Assembly: GCA_902634765.1 (NCBI GenBank)
Contig: CACPLH010000001.1
Location: 44,533-108,532 of the forward strand
Direction: 5' to 3'
Length of the DNA stretch: 64,000 nucleotides
Origin: an uncultured Pelagibacteraceae bacterium
Lineage (GTDB): Bacteria > Pseudomonadota > Alphaproteobacteria > Pelagibacterales > AG-422-B15
Shown here: one piece after another, positions 45,692 to 55,414 of the stretch
How the letters are laid out: each line of letters begins with the position of its first letter
Numbering within the stretch: the first letter of the stretch is position 1
The notes under the pieces: model-generated
Databases searched by the model: none
The model's input: only the letters and a program-made list of their open reading frames with translations
Told to the model about the DNA's origin: nothing
Translations under genes and position numbers: made by a program

Positions 45692-46147
45692 ATGATGATC
45701 GTCTCTAACGAGAAAGAAACAAAAAATATTGCCAAAAAAATTTCTAGGAGCATCGAGGGCCTTAACCTTGTCCTATGTCTTAATGGTGATTTAGGATCAG
45801 GTAAAACAACCTTCACGAGATATCTAATTCGATCTCTTCAAAATAATAAATTAGCCAATGAAATTCCTAGTCCAACATTTACCCTTCTTCAGATTTATGA
45901 TTATAAATCAGGTCAGATCTATCATTATGATTTTTATCGTTTGGATAAAATAGAAGAACTTTTTGAATTAAATTTTTCAGAATCATTAAGAAATAATATT
46001 TGTATAATTGAGTGGTCAAATAAATTCAAGAAAGCTCTTCCAGAAAATAGAGTAGAAATAGATTTTGAAATAATTTCAAATAATTCTCGTAAGCTAAAAT
46101 TTAATTTTTTAGGAAAATTTCAAAAAGATATCTTTAAATGGCTATAG
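45692..46147 (+). CDS. tsaE: tRNA t6A biosynthesis ATPase TsaE (YjeE)
   Basis: GDLGSGKTTFTR P-loop and SPTFTL motif. 151 aa. Confidence 0.8.
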   Translation: MMIVSNEKETKNIAKKISRSIEGLNLVLCLNGDLGSGKTTFTRYLIRSLQNNKLANEIPSPTFTLLQIYDYKSGQIYHYDFYRLDKIEELFELNFSESLRNNICIIEWSNKFKKALPENRVEIDFEIISNNSRKLKFNFLGKFQKDIFKWL

Positions 46148-47106
46148 ATAAAAATACCATAAGATCTTTATTAATCAGAAATAAAATTTCTAACTATAAA
46201 TTAGAAAAAATCAAATCAGACGCGTCTTTCAGAGAATATTACAGAGTTTTAGATAAAAATTTTTTAATTATGTATGCGCCAAAAGATAAAGGGGAGTCCT
46301 TGGTTAATTTTGAAAAGATCAATAAAATTTTATCTTCAATTAATCTTAGTGTTTCAAAAATCTACGATACTGATTATCAAAATGACTTATTACTCATAGA
46401 AGATTTTGGAAATGAAATTTTTTCAAAAAAATTAAACCATAGTAATGAAAAAAATCTTTATGAAAAAGCTATCCATTTACTATCGATTATTCACAATCAA
46501 TCAGATTTAAAAGTTCAAAATTTAAAAAAATATAACTTTAAAATCTTATTGAATGAGTCTGAATTATTTATTGAATGGTACTTAGAAAAGCATCTTAAGT
46601 TAAATTTAAATGACTCTGAAAAAAATGAATTTCAGAATATCCTCGAAAGACACTTTAATTCTCTAGCATTAAAACAGAACAGTCTTGTACTAAGAGATTT
46701 TCACGCAGATAATTTAATATATTTGAATGATAGAGATGGCGTTCATCAACTTGGTTTGATTGACTATCAAGATGCTCTAATTGGTTCGAGTGTATATGAT
46801 TTTGTCTCTTTAATTGAGGATGTTAGACATCCAATTAAGGATGATCTAAAAAATTCATTGGTTGAAATGTATAGTAAATTAATATCTGTAGATCAAAATG
46901 AGTTGAATAAAGGAATCATTTTTTATTCAATACAGAGAAATTTAAAAATCATTGGTATATTCTCACGATTAAAATATCGAGACGATAAAGAGAATTATTT
47001 CCCAATGATTGAAGTGGCATGGGGTTTTATTAAAAATCACCTTAAAAATAATGAATATAAAGATCTAAACAATTGGATGAATAATATTATGAACAAATCA
47101 TTATGA
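46138..47106 (+). CDS. Aminoglycoside-phosphotransferase-fold kinase (AmgK-like anomeric sugar kinase candidate)
   Basis: LRDFHADNLIYL...IDYQD catalytic motifs. Conserved tsaE-kinase-nucleotidyltransferase order in alphaproteobacteria. Confidence 0.6.
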   Translation: MAIDKNTIRSLLIRNKISNYKLEKIKSDASFREYYRVLDKNFLIMYAPKDKGESLVNFEKINKILSSINLSVSKIYDTDYQNDLLLIEDFGNEIFSKKLNHSNEKNLYEKAIHLLSIIHNQSDLKVQNLKKYNFKILLNESELFIEWYLEKHLKLNLNDSEKNEFQNILERHFNSLALKQNSLVLRDFHADNLIYLNDRDGVHQLGLIDYQDALIGSSVYDFVSLIEDVRHPIKDDLKNSLVEMYSKLISVDQNELNKGIIFYSIQRNLKIIGIFSRLKYRDDKENYFPMIEVAWGFIKNHLKNNEYKDLNNWMNNIMNKSL

Positions 47107-47804
47107 TTAAGCACGCAATAATCCTTGCAGCTGGCCTAGGAAAAAGGATGCTTCCTTTGACTAATGAATTACCAAAACCAATGGTAAAAATTAGAGGAAA
47201 GCCAATAATTAAATATCTTATAGACGTATTAGATCAAATTGGTATTGAAAAAATTTGTGTGAATGTACACTATAAATCTGAGTTATTATCAGATTATCTT
47301 CAATCAATTAAAAATAAAAAAATTTTAATTTCAGATGAAACTAATAAGCTTCTAGATACAGGAGGAGGAATAAAAAAAGCTTTTGATTTATTAGAAGAAG
47401 ATAATTCATTTGTATTCAATAGCGACATCTTATGGAAAGATGTACATGCAGAACAGTTAAAAAATATGTCAAAAAAATTTAATGCAAAAGAGATGAATGT
47501 TTTTTTGGGACTATCACATATTAATATGCTTGAAGGATATGATGGGCCAGGAGATTTTTGTTTTACAGACTCTAAACTTATAGAGAGATATAAACAAGGC
47601 AATGAAAATCCTTATGTATATAGTGGTGTCCAGATACTTAAAAAGTCCCTTTTAAACTCAATAAGTGAATCGGTCTTCTCTATAAATAAAGCTTGGGATA
47701 TTGCAATTAAATCAAATACCTTATATGGATTCAAACTTGATCATCAAATAATGCATATAGGAACACCTAAAATGGTAGAAAGAGTAAATGATGAAAAAAA
47801 TTAA
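47103..47804 (+). CDS. Sugar-1-phosphate nucleotidyltransferase (MurU-like candidate)
   Basis: AIILAAGLGKRMLPLTNELPKPM N-terminal NTP-transferase motif. Confidence 0.65.
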   Translation: MIKHAIILAAGLGKRMLPLTNELPKPMVKIRGKPIIKYLIDVLDQIGIEKICVNVHYKSELLSDYLQSIKNKKILISDETNKLLDTGGGIKKAFDLLEEDNSFVFNSDILWKDVHAEQLKNMSKKFNAKEMNVFLGLSHINMLEGYDGPGDFCFTDSKLIERYKQGNENPYVYSGVQILKKSLLNSISESVFSINKAWDIAIKSNTLYGFKLDHQIMHIGTPKMVERVNDEKN

Positions 47805-48378
47805 TTTTTTTATTTTCGTATTTTTTTTATTTATTCCTGAATTTGTTTATTCAAATGATAATTTAGCTAATTTCATAATTCGTGATTACAGTGAGGGAGA
47901 ATTACCAATTGTGGGCAACCCAGATGCTAAATACACTATAGTCGAATTTTTTGATTATAGGTGTGGATATTGTTCAAAACAAGCAAATGACCTCGCAAAA
48001 CTTTTAGAAGAAAAAAATAACGTAAAAATAATTTATTTAGAATTTCCTATTTTTGGAGGAATATCAGATACTGTTGCTAGAGTTGCATTAAGTATTTGGA
48101 ATAGTAATCCTGATTTGTATTTTGATGTTCATAACAAATTTATGAATTTAGGTCCAAGAATGAAAAAGGACAATATTATTGATACTCTGAATGAATTAAA
48201 GCTTGATGGTGAGTTAATCTTTGCAGAATCTGAAAAGGATATAGATAATAAAATTATTTTGAAAAATAGATCCTTAGCACAAAGTCTTAATTTAAGAGGT
48301 ACGCCAGCACTCATAATTAATGATAATTTTAGTCCTGGTTATCTAAAATATGAAAACTTAATAACTTTCGTAAAATAG
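47788..48378 (+). CDS. DsbA-family periplasmic thiol:disulfide oxidoreductase
   Basis: Signal peptide and CGYC active site (FFDYRCGYCSKQ). Confidence 0.75.
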   Translation: MMKKINFFIFVFFLFIPEFVYSNDNLANFIIRDYSEGELPIVGNPDAKYTIVEFFDYRCGYCSKQANDLAKLLEEKNNVKIIYLEFPIFGGISDTVARVALSIWNSNPDLYFDVHNKFMNLGPRMKKDNIIDTLNELKLDGELIFAESEKDIDNKIILKNRSLAQSLNLRGTPALIINDNFSPGYLKYENLITFVK

Positions 48379-48445
48379 TCTTTTTAAAAATATAATTTTA
48401 ATATCTGGACTTGAAATATATCAAAAAGATAAATATCTTAAAACT

Positions 48446-48772
48446 ATGATTCAAAAAGCTAAATTTGAAATTGGTGAAATTGTAAAACATAGATATTTTG
48501 ATTTTAGAGGAGTCATTTTCGATGTGGATCCTGAATTTAATAATACTGAAGAATGGTATAATTCTATTCCTCTCCAAGTTAGACCAATAAAAGAACAGCC
48601 ATTTTATCATTTATTGGCTGAAGCACCTGGTCAACCTTCTTATGTTGCTTATGTTTCACAGCAAAATTTACTTAGAGATGAAGCACCTGGACCGCTAGCA
48701 CATCCTCTAATAGATGAATTATTTAATGGCATTAAAGACGGCAAGTATATTACTCGAAGTAAACATAATTAA
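48446..48772 (+). CDS. hspQ: HspQ/YccV-like hemimethylated-DNA-binding-domain heat shock protein
   Basis: 108 aa. FEIGEIVKHRYFDFRGVIFDVDPEF aligns by eye with E. coli HspQ. Confidence 0.7.
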   Translation: MIQKAKFEIGEIVKHRYFDFRGVIFDVDPEFNNTEEWYNSIPLQVRPIKEQPFYHLLAEAPGQPSYVAYVSQQNLLRDEAPGPLAHPLIDELFNGIKDGKYITRSKHN

Positions 48773-48777
48773 TTATT

Positions 48778-49317
48778 ATGAAAAATTTAGCCAAGCCAAT
48801 AATTGAATTTGGTCCAGTAGTAGTCTTTTTTTATTTCTTTATAAAAACAGGAGAAATTCAATCCGCTATTCTCCCCCTTATGGTTGCAGCTGGTGCAGCT
48901 ATAGTAGCATCTCTACTTATTGAAAAAAAGATCAATCAAATGTTACTATTTAGTACAGTCTTGATTTTTGTATTCGGATCTTTGACTATTTATTTCAATG
49001 ATCCAATCTTCATTAAAATTAAAGTTACAATAGTCAACTTAATTTTTGCAGGAATATTATATACTGGACTTTTATTTAAAAAGCCTCTTTTAAAAAATTT
49101 AATGAGTGGATCACTCAAGATGAATGATGAAGGCTGGTTTATTCTAAGTAAAAGATGGGCTGCATTTTTTTTATTTTTAGCGATTTGTAATGAAATAGTT
49201 TATAGAAATTTTTCAGATGCTTTTTGGGTAAATTTTAAATTATTTGGTATTATGGGATTGACGTTTATATTTATTTTTTCTCAAGTATTTTTTATTCAAA
49301 AAAATATGCAACAATAA
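48778..49317 (+). CDS. yciB: Intracellular septation protein A (YciB/IspZ family)
   Basis: 179 aa, 5 TM helices, characteristic N-terminus (EFGPVVVFFYFF). Confidence 0.7.
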   Translation: MKNLAKPIIEFGPVVVFFYFFIKTGEIQSAILPLMVAAGAAIVASLLIEKKINQMLLFSTVLIFVFGSLTIYFNDPIFIKIKVTIVNLIFAGILYTGLLFKKPLLKNLMSGSLKMNDEGWFILSKRWAAFFLFLAICNEIVYRNFSDAFWVNFKLFGIMGLTFIFIFSQVFFIQKNMQQ

Positions 49318-49324
49318 TTTTTTT

Positions 49325-50155
49325 TTAAAATGGTTTATCGCCAACAATAGAAATTCTATCCATTACTCTTTCATGACCAAGTCCTCTTCCTGGATAGAAG
49401 TCAGCAATTGCATAATGTTGAGTACTTCGATTATCTAGAATTGCAATTGCATTCTCTGTCCACTTAAATCTACACGATAAATCAAGCCTTTCTTGGTGCT
49501 TAAAGATATTATTTAATAAATCACTACTTTCATCATCAGGAAGGCCAACTATTTTTTTCGTGTAAGTAGGATTTACATACAAAATTTTCTTTCCCGTTTC
49601 AGGATGAGTTCTTATAATAGGATGCTCATTTGAATATTGCTCTCCGATTTTGCCATTACTTTCCATTTTTGAGTAATTCTCAACAAAGAACTTTGACCCA
49701 TTTGAAGTATGAATTGCCTTTTTATTTTGAATAATTTTTTTGATATCTTCGCCAAGAGTTTCTAATGCTAATTCCATGTTTGAAAAAACTGTATCACCAC
49801 CTATTGGAGGTATTTTTAAAGATTTAAGCATAATTACTTTGCTTGGTGTAAGATCATAGCTCACATCACTATGCCAGCCTTCTCCCCATTGATTTTTTTC
49901 ATCCGCAGCCTTGATGATTCTTGTTATTTGAGGATATTTTTCAATACCTTTGACATAAGCATGTTCTTCTATTGGACCAAACATAGATGCAATCTTAATA
50001 AATTTTTCTAGAGTTAAGCTTTGATCACGAAAAAAAACCACTTTGTGCTCTAATAAAAGATTATTAACTTCTTCAAAATTTTTATCACTCAGGGAATTAA
50101 GATCAAAATTATTTACTTCTGCGCCAAGAGCTCCTGAAACCAAATCTACATTCAT
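49325..50155 (-). CDS. TauD/TfdA-family Fe(II)/2-oxoglutarate dioxygenase
   Basis: GWHSDVSY (HxD facial triad) and a distal His (RSTQHYA). 276 aa. Confidence 0.8.
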   Translation of the reverse strand: MNVDLVSGALGAEVNNFDLNSLSDKNFEEVNNLLLEHKVVFFRDQSLTLEKFIKIASMFGPIEEHAYVKGIEKYPQITRIIKAADEKNQWGEGWHSDVSYDLTPSKVIMLKSLKIPPIGGDTVFSNMELALETLGEDIKKIIQNKKAIHTSNGSKFFVENYSKMESNGKIGEQYSNEHPIIRTHPETGKKILYVNPTYTKKIVGLPDDESSDLLNNIFKHQERLDLSCRFKWTENAIAILDNRSTQHYAIADFYPGRGLGHERVMDRISIVGDKPF

Positions 50156-50179
50156 AATAAAAATTTATTTAATTTTTTT

Positions 50180-51064
50180 TTAGTTGTCATTTATTTTCTC
50201 ATTTTCATTTTCAAAAAACTGATCAATAATTCTATAGGCAACAAATATGAAGACAATTAAACCACCTATAAGTTCCAAAGTCGGAGGTTGTTCACCTAAC
50301 ACGATCCAAGCCCAAATTGGAGTAAGAATAGGTTCAGTTAAAATAAATAATGCAGCCCTATGTGGAGGAATATATCTGGAACCTATCGTTATGAGTAGAA
50401 AACCTATTCCAACTTGAAATGCCCCAATGAATATTGATAGAAGTAAATCGTGAGTATTAATATTATATTCAGAAATTATTGATACACTGATGACCAATGC
50501 AACTATTCCTGCAAGAAAAGTTGCAGGCATAAAATCAATTTCAGGAGACTTGTTTATAAGTGTTAACTGAAAAGCAAAACAAACAGGAACACCTAACATA
50601 ATTAAATTACCTAATGCATGATCAGCTTCTATCCCTCCTGAGAACATGATAAATACACCGAACATTGAACCACCAATTGCAATTAGTGTTTTTGTGCTAA
50701 TTGTTTTTTTAAGGAAAAAATAACTAGCAACCATCGCAAAAAGAGGAGAAGTACTCAGTAAAAAACCCCCATTTGCAACAGAGGTTTTACTCATTCCAAA
50801 CACATAGAGTATGTTGCTTATACCAACAATAAATGCAATCAGTAAACCACTATATCCAATATTTTTAAAAGCTTCTGATGTTTTACTTTTAAATTTGACA
50901 AGTATATAAAACATCATAATTGATGAAAAACCAATTGAGCGGAAAACTGTAATTTCAAGTGGAGTTGCAGACTCCATATATTTTATTAGTGTCCCACCAA
51001 AACTTAAAAATATACCTGCTCCAATAAGACAAAGCGCACCAATTTTTTCTTTATTGTAATTCAT
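50180..51064 (-). CDS. DMT-superfamily (EamA-like) transporter
   Basis: 294 aa, 10 predicted TM helices in two EamA-like halves. Confidence 0.8.
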   Translation of the reverse strand: MNYNKEKIGALCLIGAGIFLSFGGTLIKYMESATPLEITVFRSIGFSSIMMFYILVKFKSKTSEAFKNIGYSGLLIAFIVGISNILYVFGMSKTSVANGGFLLSTSPLFAMVASYFFLKKTISTKTLIAIGGSMFGVFIMFSGGIEADHALGNLIMLGVPVCFAFQLTLINKSPEIDFMPATFLAGIVALVISVSIISEYNINTHDLLLSIFIGAFQVGIGFLLITIGSRYIPPHRAALFILTEPILTPIWAWIVLGEQPPTLELIGGLIVFIFVAYRIIDQFFENENEKINDN

Positions 51065-51110
51065 AATATTCTAATTCATTATAGGATTGATATTAGGGGA
51101 GTAAATACAA

Positions 51111-52826
51111 ATGAAATTATTATCAGTTCTGATTATCACTTTATTTTTCTTTTCATGTGGAGAGCAGAATGAAATAAGTGTTTTAAAAACTGATATAAAT
51201 GATGGACTTAGTGAGGAACATAGAAATGAATTTCGGCGTGATATTGTTGAGGTAACTGATGGGGTTTATTCTGGTATAGGTTTTGGTCTAGCTAATTCAA
51301 TCATGATTGAAACAAGTGATAGCTTAGTTATTGTAGATACTCTTGGTTCTGAAGAAAGAGCAACTGAAATGTTGGAAGAGTTTAGAAAAATTTCATCCAA
51401 ACCAATCAAGGCAATAATTTACACTCATAACCATTTAGACCATATTGGAGGCACTACAATTTTTACTCAAGAAGGAGAGCCAGAAATTTATGCGCAGGAG
51501 AATATTCTCTATAATATAGATAATATCTCAACAACAATTAGACCAATAATTTTTGAACGTTCCGCTAGACAGTTTGGAATTCCTCTTCCTGAAGATAAAA
51601 TTGTACATCAGGGCATTGGAGGATTTTTAGAAATTAATGCAAGCGCCACTATTGGATTACTAAGGCCAACGATAACTTTTGAGGATAAATTAGATTTAAA
51701 AATTGATGATCTTGAAATAGAACTCGCTCATGTGCCTGGAGAAACTGATGATCATTTGTATGTATGGCTACCTGAAAAAAAGACTGTGATGGTAGGTGAC
51801 AATTTTTATAGAACATTTGCAAATCTATATGCAATTAGAGGAACAAAATTTAGAAACCCGATGGAATGGGTTAATAGTATTGATAAAATAAGAGCGTTAG
51901 ATGCTGAATATTTAATTCCAAGTCATAGTAGACCAATTGAGGGCAAAGAAAATATTGCTCAGGCGTTACGAGATTATAGAGATGGTATTCAGTTTGTTCA
52001 TGATCAAACAATAAGGCATATTAACAAAGGTCTATTGCCAGATGAGATTGTAAAAATAGTAAAATTACCACCTCATTTAGCGAGTTCACCCTACCTTCAA
52101 GAATTTTATGGCTCTATTAGTTCTTATGTACGATCAGTTTTTTCAGGATATATTGGCTGGTTTAGTGGAAATATAACGGAGTTACATCCTTTAGATAATA
52201 CTGTTAAAGCTCAAAAAATAAGAGAGCTTGCTGAGAGAAGTATTTCTCTAAATGATGCAGCGGAAAGTGCACTTAAAAATGGTGAATTTCAGTGGGCAAT
52301 GGAACTTGCAGATATTCTATTAGCTCTCAATCCTGAGGATGAAGTTTCAAAGAAAATAAAAGCACAGGCAGCAGAGAGTTTTTCTTACACTCAATCAGCT
52401 TCGAATGATTATTATTATTATCAAACTGTAGCAGGTGAGCTACGGGGCGAAATCGATGTTTATACAAATAGTAATAAAGTAACCCCAGCTCAGCTTTATG
52501 GTACTCCAATGAAAACTATTTTTAATTCAATTCCTGTAAACTTAAATGCAGAGAAGTCATTAGAAGTTGATAAGAAAGTTTTATTTACATTCACCGACTT
52601 AGAACAAGTTTATAGAATTCATATCAGACGAGGCGTTGCTGAATTAACTTATAGATCTCAAAATGATGAAGAATTATTAATTAAAACTGATCAACAGTCA
52701 CTCAAAGAAATTTTTGCTGGATTAAAAAGTGTTCCTAGCATTTCTCTCATGTTAGCTAAAAATGAAATTGAAGTTGAAGGTGGAAAAATAGAGTTTTTAA
52801 AGTTTTTATCTCTATTTCAAGGCTAA
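51111..52826 (+). CDS. Metallo-beta-lactamase-fold alkyl/aryl-sulfatase (SdsA1/Bds1 type), secreted or lipoprotein
   Basis: HNHLDHIGG zinc motif, middle dimerisation region, C-terminal SCP2-like domain. N-terminal signal with Cys (FFFSCGEQ). Confidence 0.8.
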   Translation: MKLLSVLIITLFFFSCGEQNEISVLKTDINDGLSEEHRNEFRRDIVEVTDGVYSGIGFGLANSIMIETSDSLVIVDTLGSEERATEMLEEFRKISSKPIKAIIYTHNHLDHIGGTTIFTQEGEPEIYAQENILYNIDNISTTIRPIIFERSARQFGIPLPEDKIVHQGIGGFLEINASATIGLLRPTITFEDKLDLKIDDLEIELAHVPGETDDHLYVWLPEKKTVMVGDNFYRTFANLYAIRGTKFRNPMEWVNSIDKIRALDAEYLIPSHSRPIEGKENIAQALRDYRDGIQFVHDQTIRHINKGLLPDEIVKIVKLPPHLASSPYLQEFYGSISSYVRSVFSGYIGWFSGNITELHPLDNTVKAQKIRELAERSISLNDAAESALKNGEFQWAMELADILLALNPEDEVSKKIKAQAAESFSYTQSASNDYYYYQTVAGELRGEIDVYTNSNKVTPAQLYGTPMKTIFNSIPVNLNAEKSLEVDKKVLFTFTDLEQVYRIHIRRGVAELTYRSQNDEELLIKTDQQSLKEIFAGLKSVPSISLMLAKNEIEVEGGKIEFLKFLSLFQG

Positions 52827-53273
52827 ATGGGTTACAGATCATCACTCATTGTAGGTATTTTAGGCTTAATACCATTTATAATAATTTTTCTCTGCTGCTT
52901 AATAACTCCTGCTGATCAAGAGGTGTATAATCTTTTAATTTATTTATTTATTTCTTATGCCGCTATCATTTCATCTTTTTTAGGAGGTATACAATGGGGC
53001 TTGATCACTGCTTCAGCTGATAGAGTATATAACGTCCTCTTGCCATTACTAATATCAACGGTTCCTGCATTAATGGGGTGGTCCGCTCTAATCTTTATAA
53101 CTAATCTTTTCTATTCATTAGTAATCATTATTATTTCTTTCTTAATTGCTTTAGCTCATGATTATTATTTGTATAACACTAAAGCTACTCCTTATTGGTT
53201 TTTAAATATAAGAGTACCGTTAACGAGTGCAGTTATAGTACTTTCATTTATGATGTTTTTTTATATTGATTAG
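52827..53273 (+). CDS. Small 4-TM membrane protein (DUF3429-like)
   Basis: 148 aa. ATG directly abuts the sulfatase stop (TAAATG). Family assignment is from memory. Confidence 0.5.
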   Translation: MGYRSSLIVGILGLIPFIIIFLCCLITPADQEVYNLLIYLFISYAAIISSFLGGIQWGLITASADRVYNVLLPLLISTVPALMGWSALIFITNLFYSLVIIIISFLIALAHDYYLYNTKATPYWFLNIRVPLTSAVIVLSFMMFFYID

Positions 53274-54502
53274 TTAATTATTCTTGAAATAAACCAAAAT
53301 ATACCAAAGCTTATTACTAAAAAAAAAATTAAATTTTTAAAAAATATTTCAAAATTTCTTAACTGTAAAAATGAAATTAATTTTAGGAAGATTAAAATTA
53401 GTGAAACAAAGATAATTTGTCCAATTTCAACACCAATATTAAAACCGGCTAAGCCATAGATTAAATTATAATTCTGAATTTCAGTTTTCAGAAGAAATGA
53501 CCCAAATCCATAGCCATGAATTAGACCAAATAAAACGGTAATAATGTATATAAGTATATTTTTATTTCTTAAATTTTTGTATAAACCAAAATAACCTATA
53601 GAGAATATTATAATTCCAATCAATGTAGTTTTAGATATTAAAATTGGATTAATTAGACTCAGGGATAATAATAAAATTAATACTGCTATTAATAAAAAAA
53701 ATATTTCCTTAAATTTCTTTGTTCTTTCCAAGAAATATTCAATACCAAGAAAAAAAATTGTGAATCCAATAAGGGACTCGACAAGCATCATATTTGGAGT
53801 TGCATAACCAAGAGTAGAAAAAATAAGAGTAATACTATGACCTAGTGTAAAACCTGTTATCACTATCAACAATTTTCTAATGCTTGAAATGAGTAAGACT
53901 AGTCCGGCAATAAATAAAAGATGATCATATCCGTTTAGAATGTGCTCAATGCCAATTTTTATGAAATTAAATATACTTGATAAAAAATTATTATTTTTTT
54001 CTTTGTTTCTATTCTCTTCTAAGTTGATAGATTGATCATTATAGAAGAGAGCTTTTTCTTGTATTATGCTGTCTTCTTTATATATCCTTGCAATATGAAT
54101 ATGGCTTGGAATGATATCAAAAAATGCATTGTTAATTATCTTAATTGCTTCCGGTTGTTCGCATTGAAATTTCATTGCAATATTTATTGAACCTTCTTTT
54201 GAAGGTATTAAATGCATAGGCTCTATTTGGATACATACATTATTCTCAGATGAAACTTTAACTTTTTTTTCAAGATATTTTATGAATGCATCACTTTCGC
54301 TTAAGTTTTGTTCATAAAGAAATTTTTCTATCTCAGGTAATTTTAAGACTCGAGTAGCTTCTATTTCAAATACATTAAATGTACCATCAACGTTAATTCC
54401 ATTTATATTCCATTTTGAGTGTGACTCACTAAAATAATGTGCATTAGAGGGAAAAATTGAAATAAAAAATATGAATGTTAAAAATTTAATTACTTTTAAC
54501 AT
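53270..54502 (-). CDS. HupE/UreJ-like metal permease domain with a 180-aa N-terminal extracytoplasmic domain
   Basis: Signal peptide ending ...PSNA/HYF. Motifs HILNGYDHLLFIAGLVLL, GLIHGYGFGSFL and GVEIGQIIFV match the HupE/UreJ_2 pattern. Confidence 0.6.
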   Translation of the reverse strand: MLKVIKFLTFIFFISIFPSNAHYFSESHSKWNINGINVDGTFNVFEIEATRVLKLPEIEKFLYEQNLSESDAFIKYLEKKVKVSSENNVCIQIEPMHLIPSKEGSINIAMKFQCEQPEAIKIINNAFFDIIPSHIHIARIYKEDSIIQEKALFYNDQSINLEENRNKEKNNNFLSSIFNFIKIGIEHILNGYDHLLFIAGLVLLISSIRKLLIVITGFTLGHSITLIFSTLGYATPNMMLVESLIGFTIFFLGIEYFLERTKKFKEIFFLLIAVLILLLSLSLINPILISKTTLIGIIIFSIGYFGLYKNLRNKNILIYIITVLFGLIHGYGFGSFLLKTEIQNYNLIYGLAGFNIGVEIGQIIFVSLILIFLKLISFLQLRNFEIFFKNLIFFLVISFGIFWFISRIIN

Positions 54503-55358
54503 CTAAATCATATCTCTTAATGTTAGCATTTTCTTTTAGATACTGAATATAATCCTTAAAATACTTATCATCCTCTGAATTTTTAAAATCAAATAAAATT
54601 TTATCATACAGCCTGTTAAATAAATCGTTATCTACGATATCTCTATTTGTATTTCTAATTTGAATTACTAAGGAACCATTTTCATATTTAAACGGATTAG
54701 AAATATCATTTAGATTTAATTCGAAAATATCTTTACATATATTGGTTCCTAACAATTGTATGCAGTCTTTTATGCTAATAAGGCGATCAGGAATTGAAAA
54801 AAAAAGCTCTTGATGAAATTGTTTTTTTGTTTCTGCAAATCCGAATGTGCTGATTGCATCAAGCAACAAATTAATATCCTCTTCTCTTTGAGAGTTTAAA
54901 AAAATTATATCTAAGTGGATTAATTTACTTAATTGATACTTATTTTTATTACTCTCATAATATTCTCTTAATTCTTTTTCAGTAACTTCTTCTTCATTTT
55001 GCAAAAGAACTGAATCAATTACTTGTTGAATAATTGCTTTTCTAATCTGAATATCAAATTTATGAAGCTCGAGTTCTATCCCTTTTTGTAAAAGAAGTTC
55101 TTCCTCGATCATTTTCTCAAGAACAATCTCAAGTAATTCCTCATCATTTTCGTCAACTACATCGATTCCAAGAGTACTTATATATTTAATAAATTGATCT
55201 TCAGATATGGTCATATCGTTTACTAAAGCGACTGCATTTTGCTGTCTTAAATATTGATTTGAGGACTTAGATTGAAATAATTCTTGAGAAACTAACAAGA
55301 CTCCAATTATTAATGCAATAACAAAAAGATAATTAATGTTTTTTATGACGCGAAACAT
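54486..55358 (-). CDS. Membrane-anchored SurA/PpiD-like chaperone (degenerate parvulin PPIase-like)
   Basis: N-terminal TM anchor. AVALVNDMTISEDQF and EKELREYYESNKNKYQ resemble SurA-N/PpiD segments. Weak call. Confidence 0.45.
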   Translation of the reverse strand: MFRVIKNINYLFVIALIIGVLLVSQELFQSKSSNQYLRQQNAVALVNDMTISEDQFIKYISTLGIDVVDENDEELLEIVLEKMIEEELLLQKGIELELHKFDIQIRKAIIQQVIDSVLLQNEEEVTEKELREYYESNKNKYQLSKLIHLDIIFLNSQREEDINLLLDAISTFGFAETKKQFHQELFFSIPDRLISIKDCIQLLGTNICKDIFELNLNDISNPFKYENGSLVIQIRNTNRDIVDNDLFNRLYDKILFDFKNSEDDKYFKDYIQYLKENANIKRYDLDVKSN

Positions 55359-55414
55359 ATCTCTTGCACTATCATCAATTTTTCTCCATTATTCAAGTAT
55401 TTCAGGGAAAATAC

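Noticed and set aside
55364-55414. Upstream TTG start for the DUF3604 gene, adding MHYHQFFSIIQVFQGKY.
   Set aside because: It would leave only 5 nt to the divergent gene, and the extension precedes a typical signal/anchor sequence that begins at the ATG at 55415. The choice is not certain.
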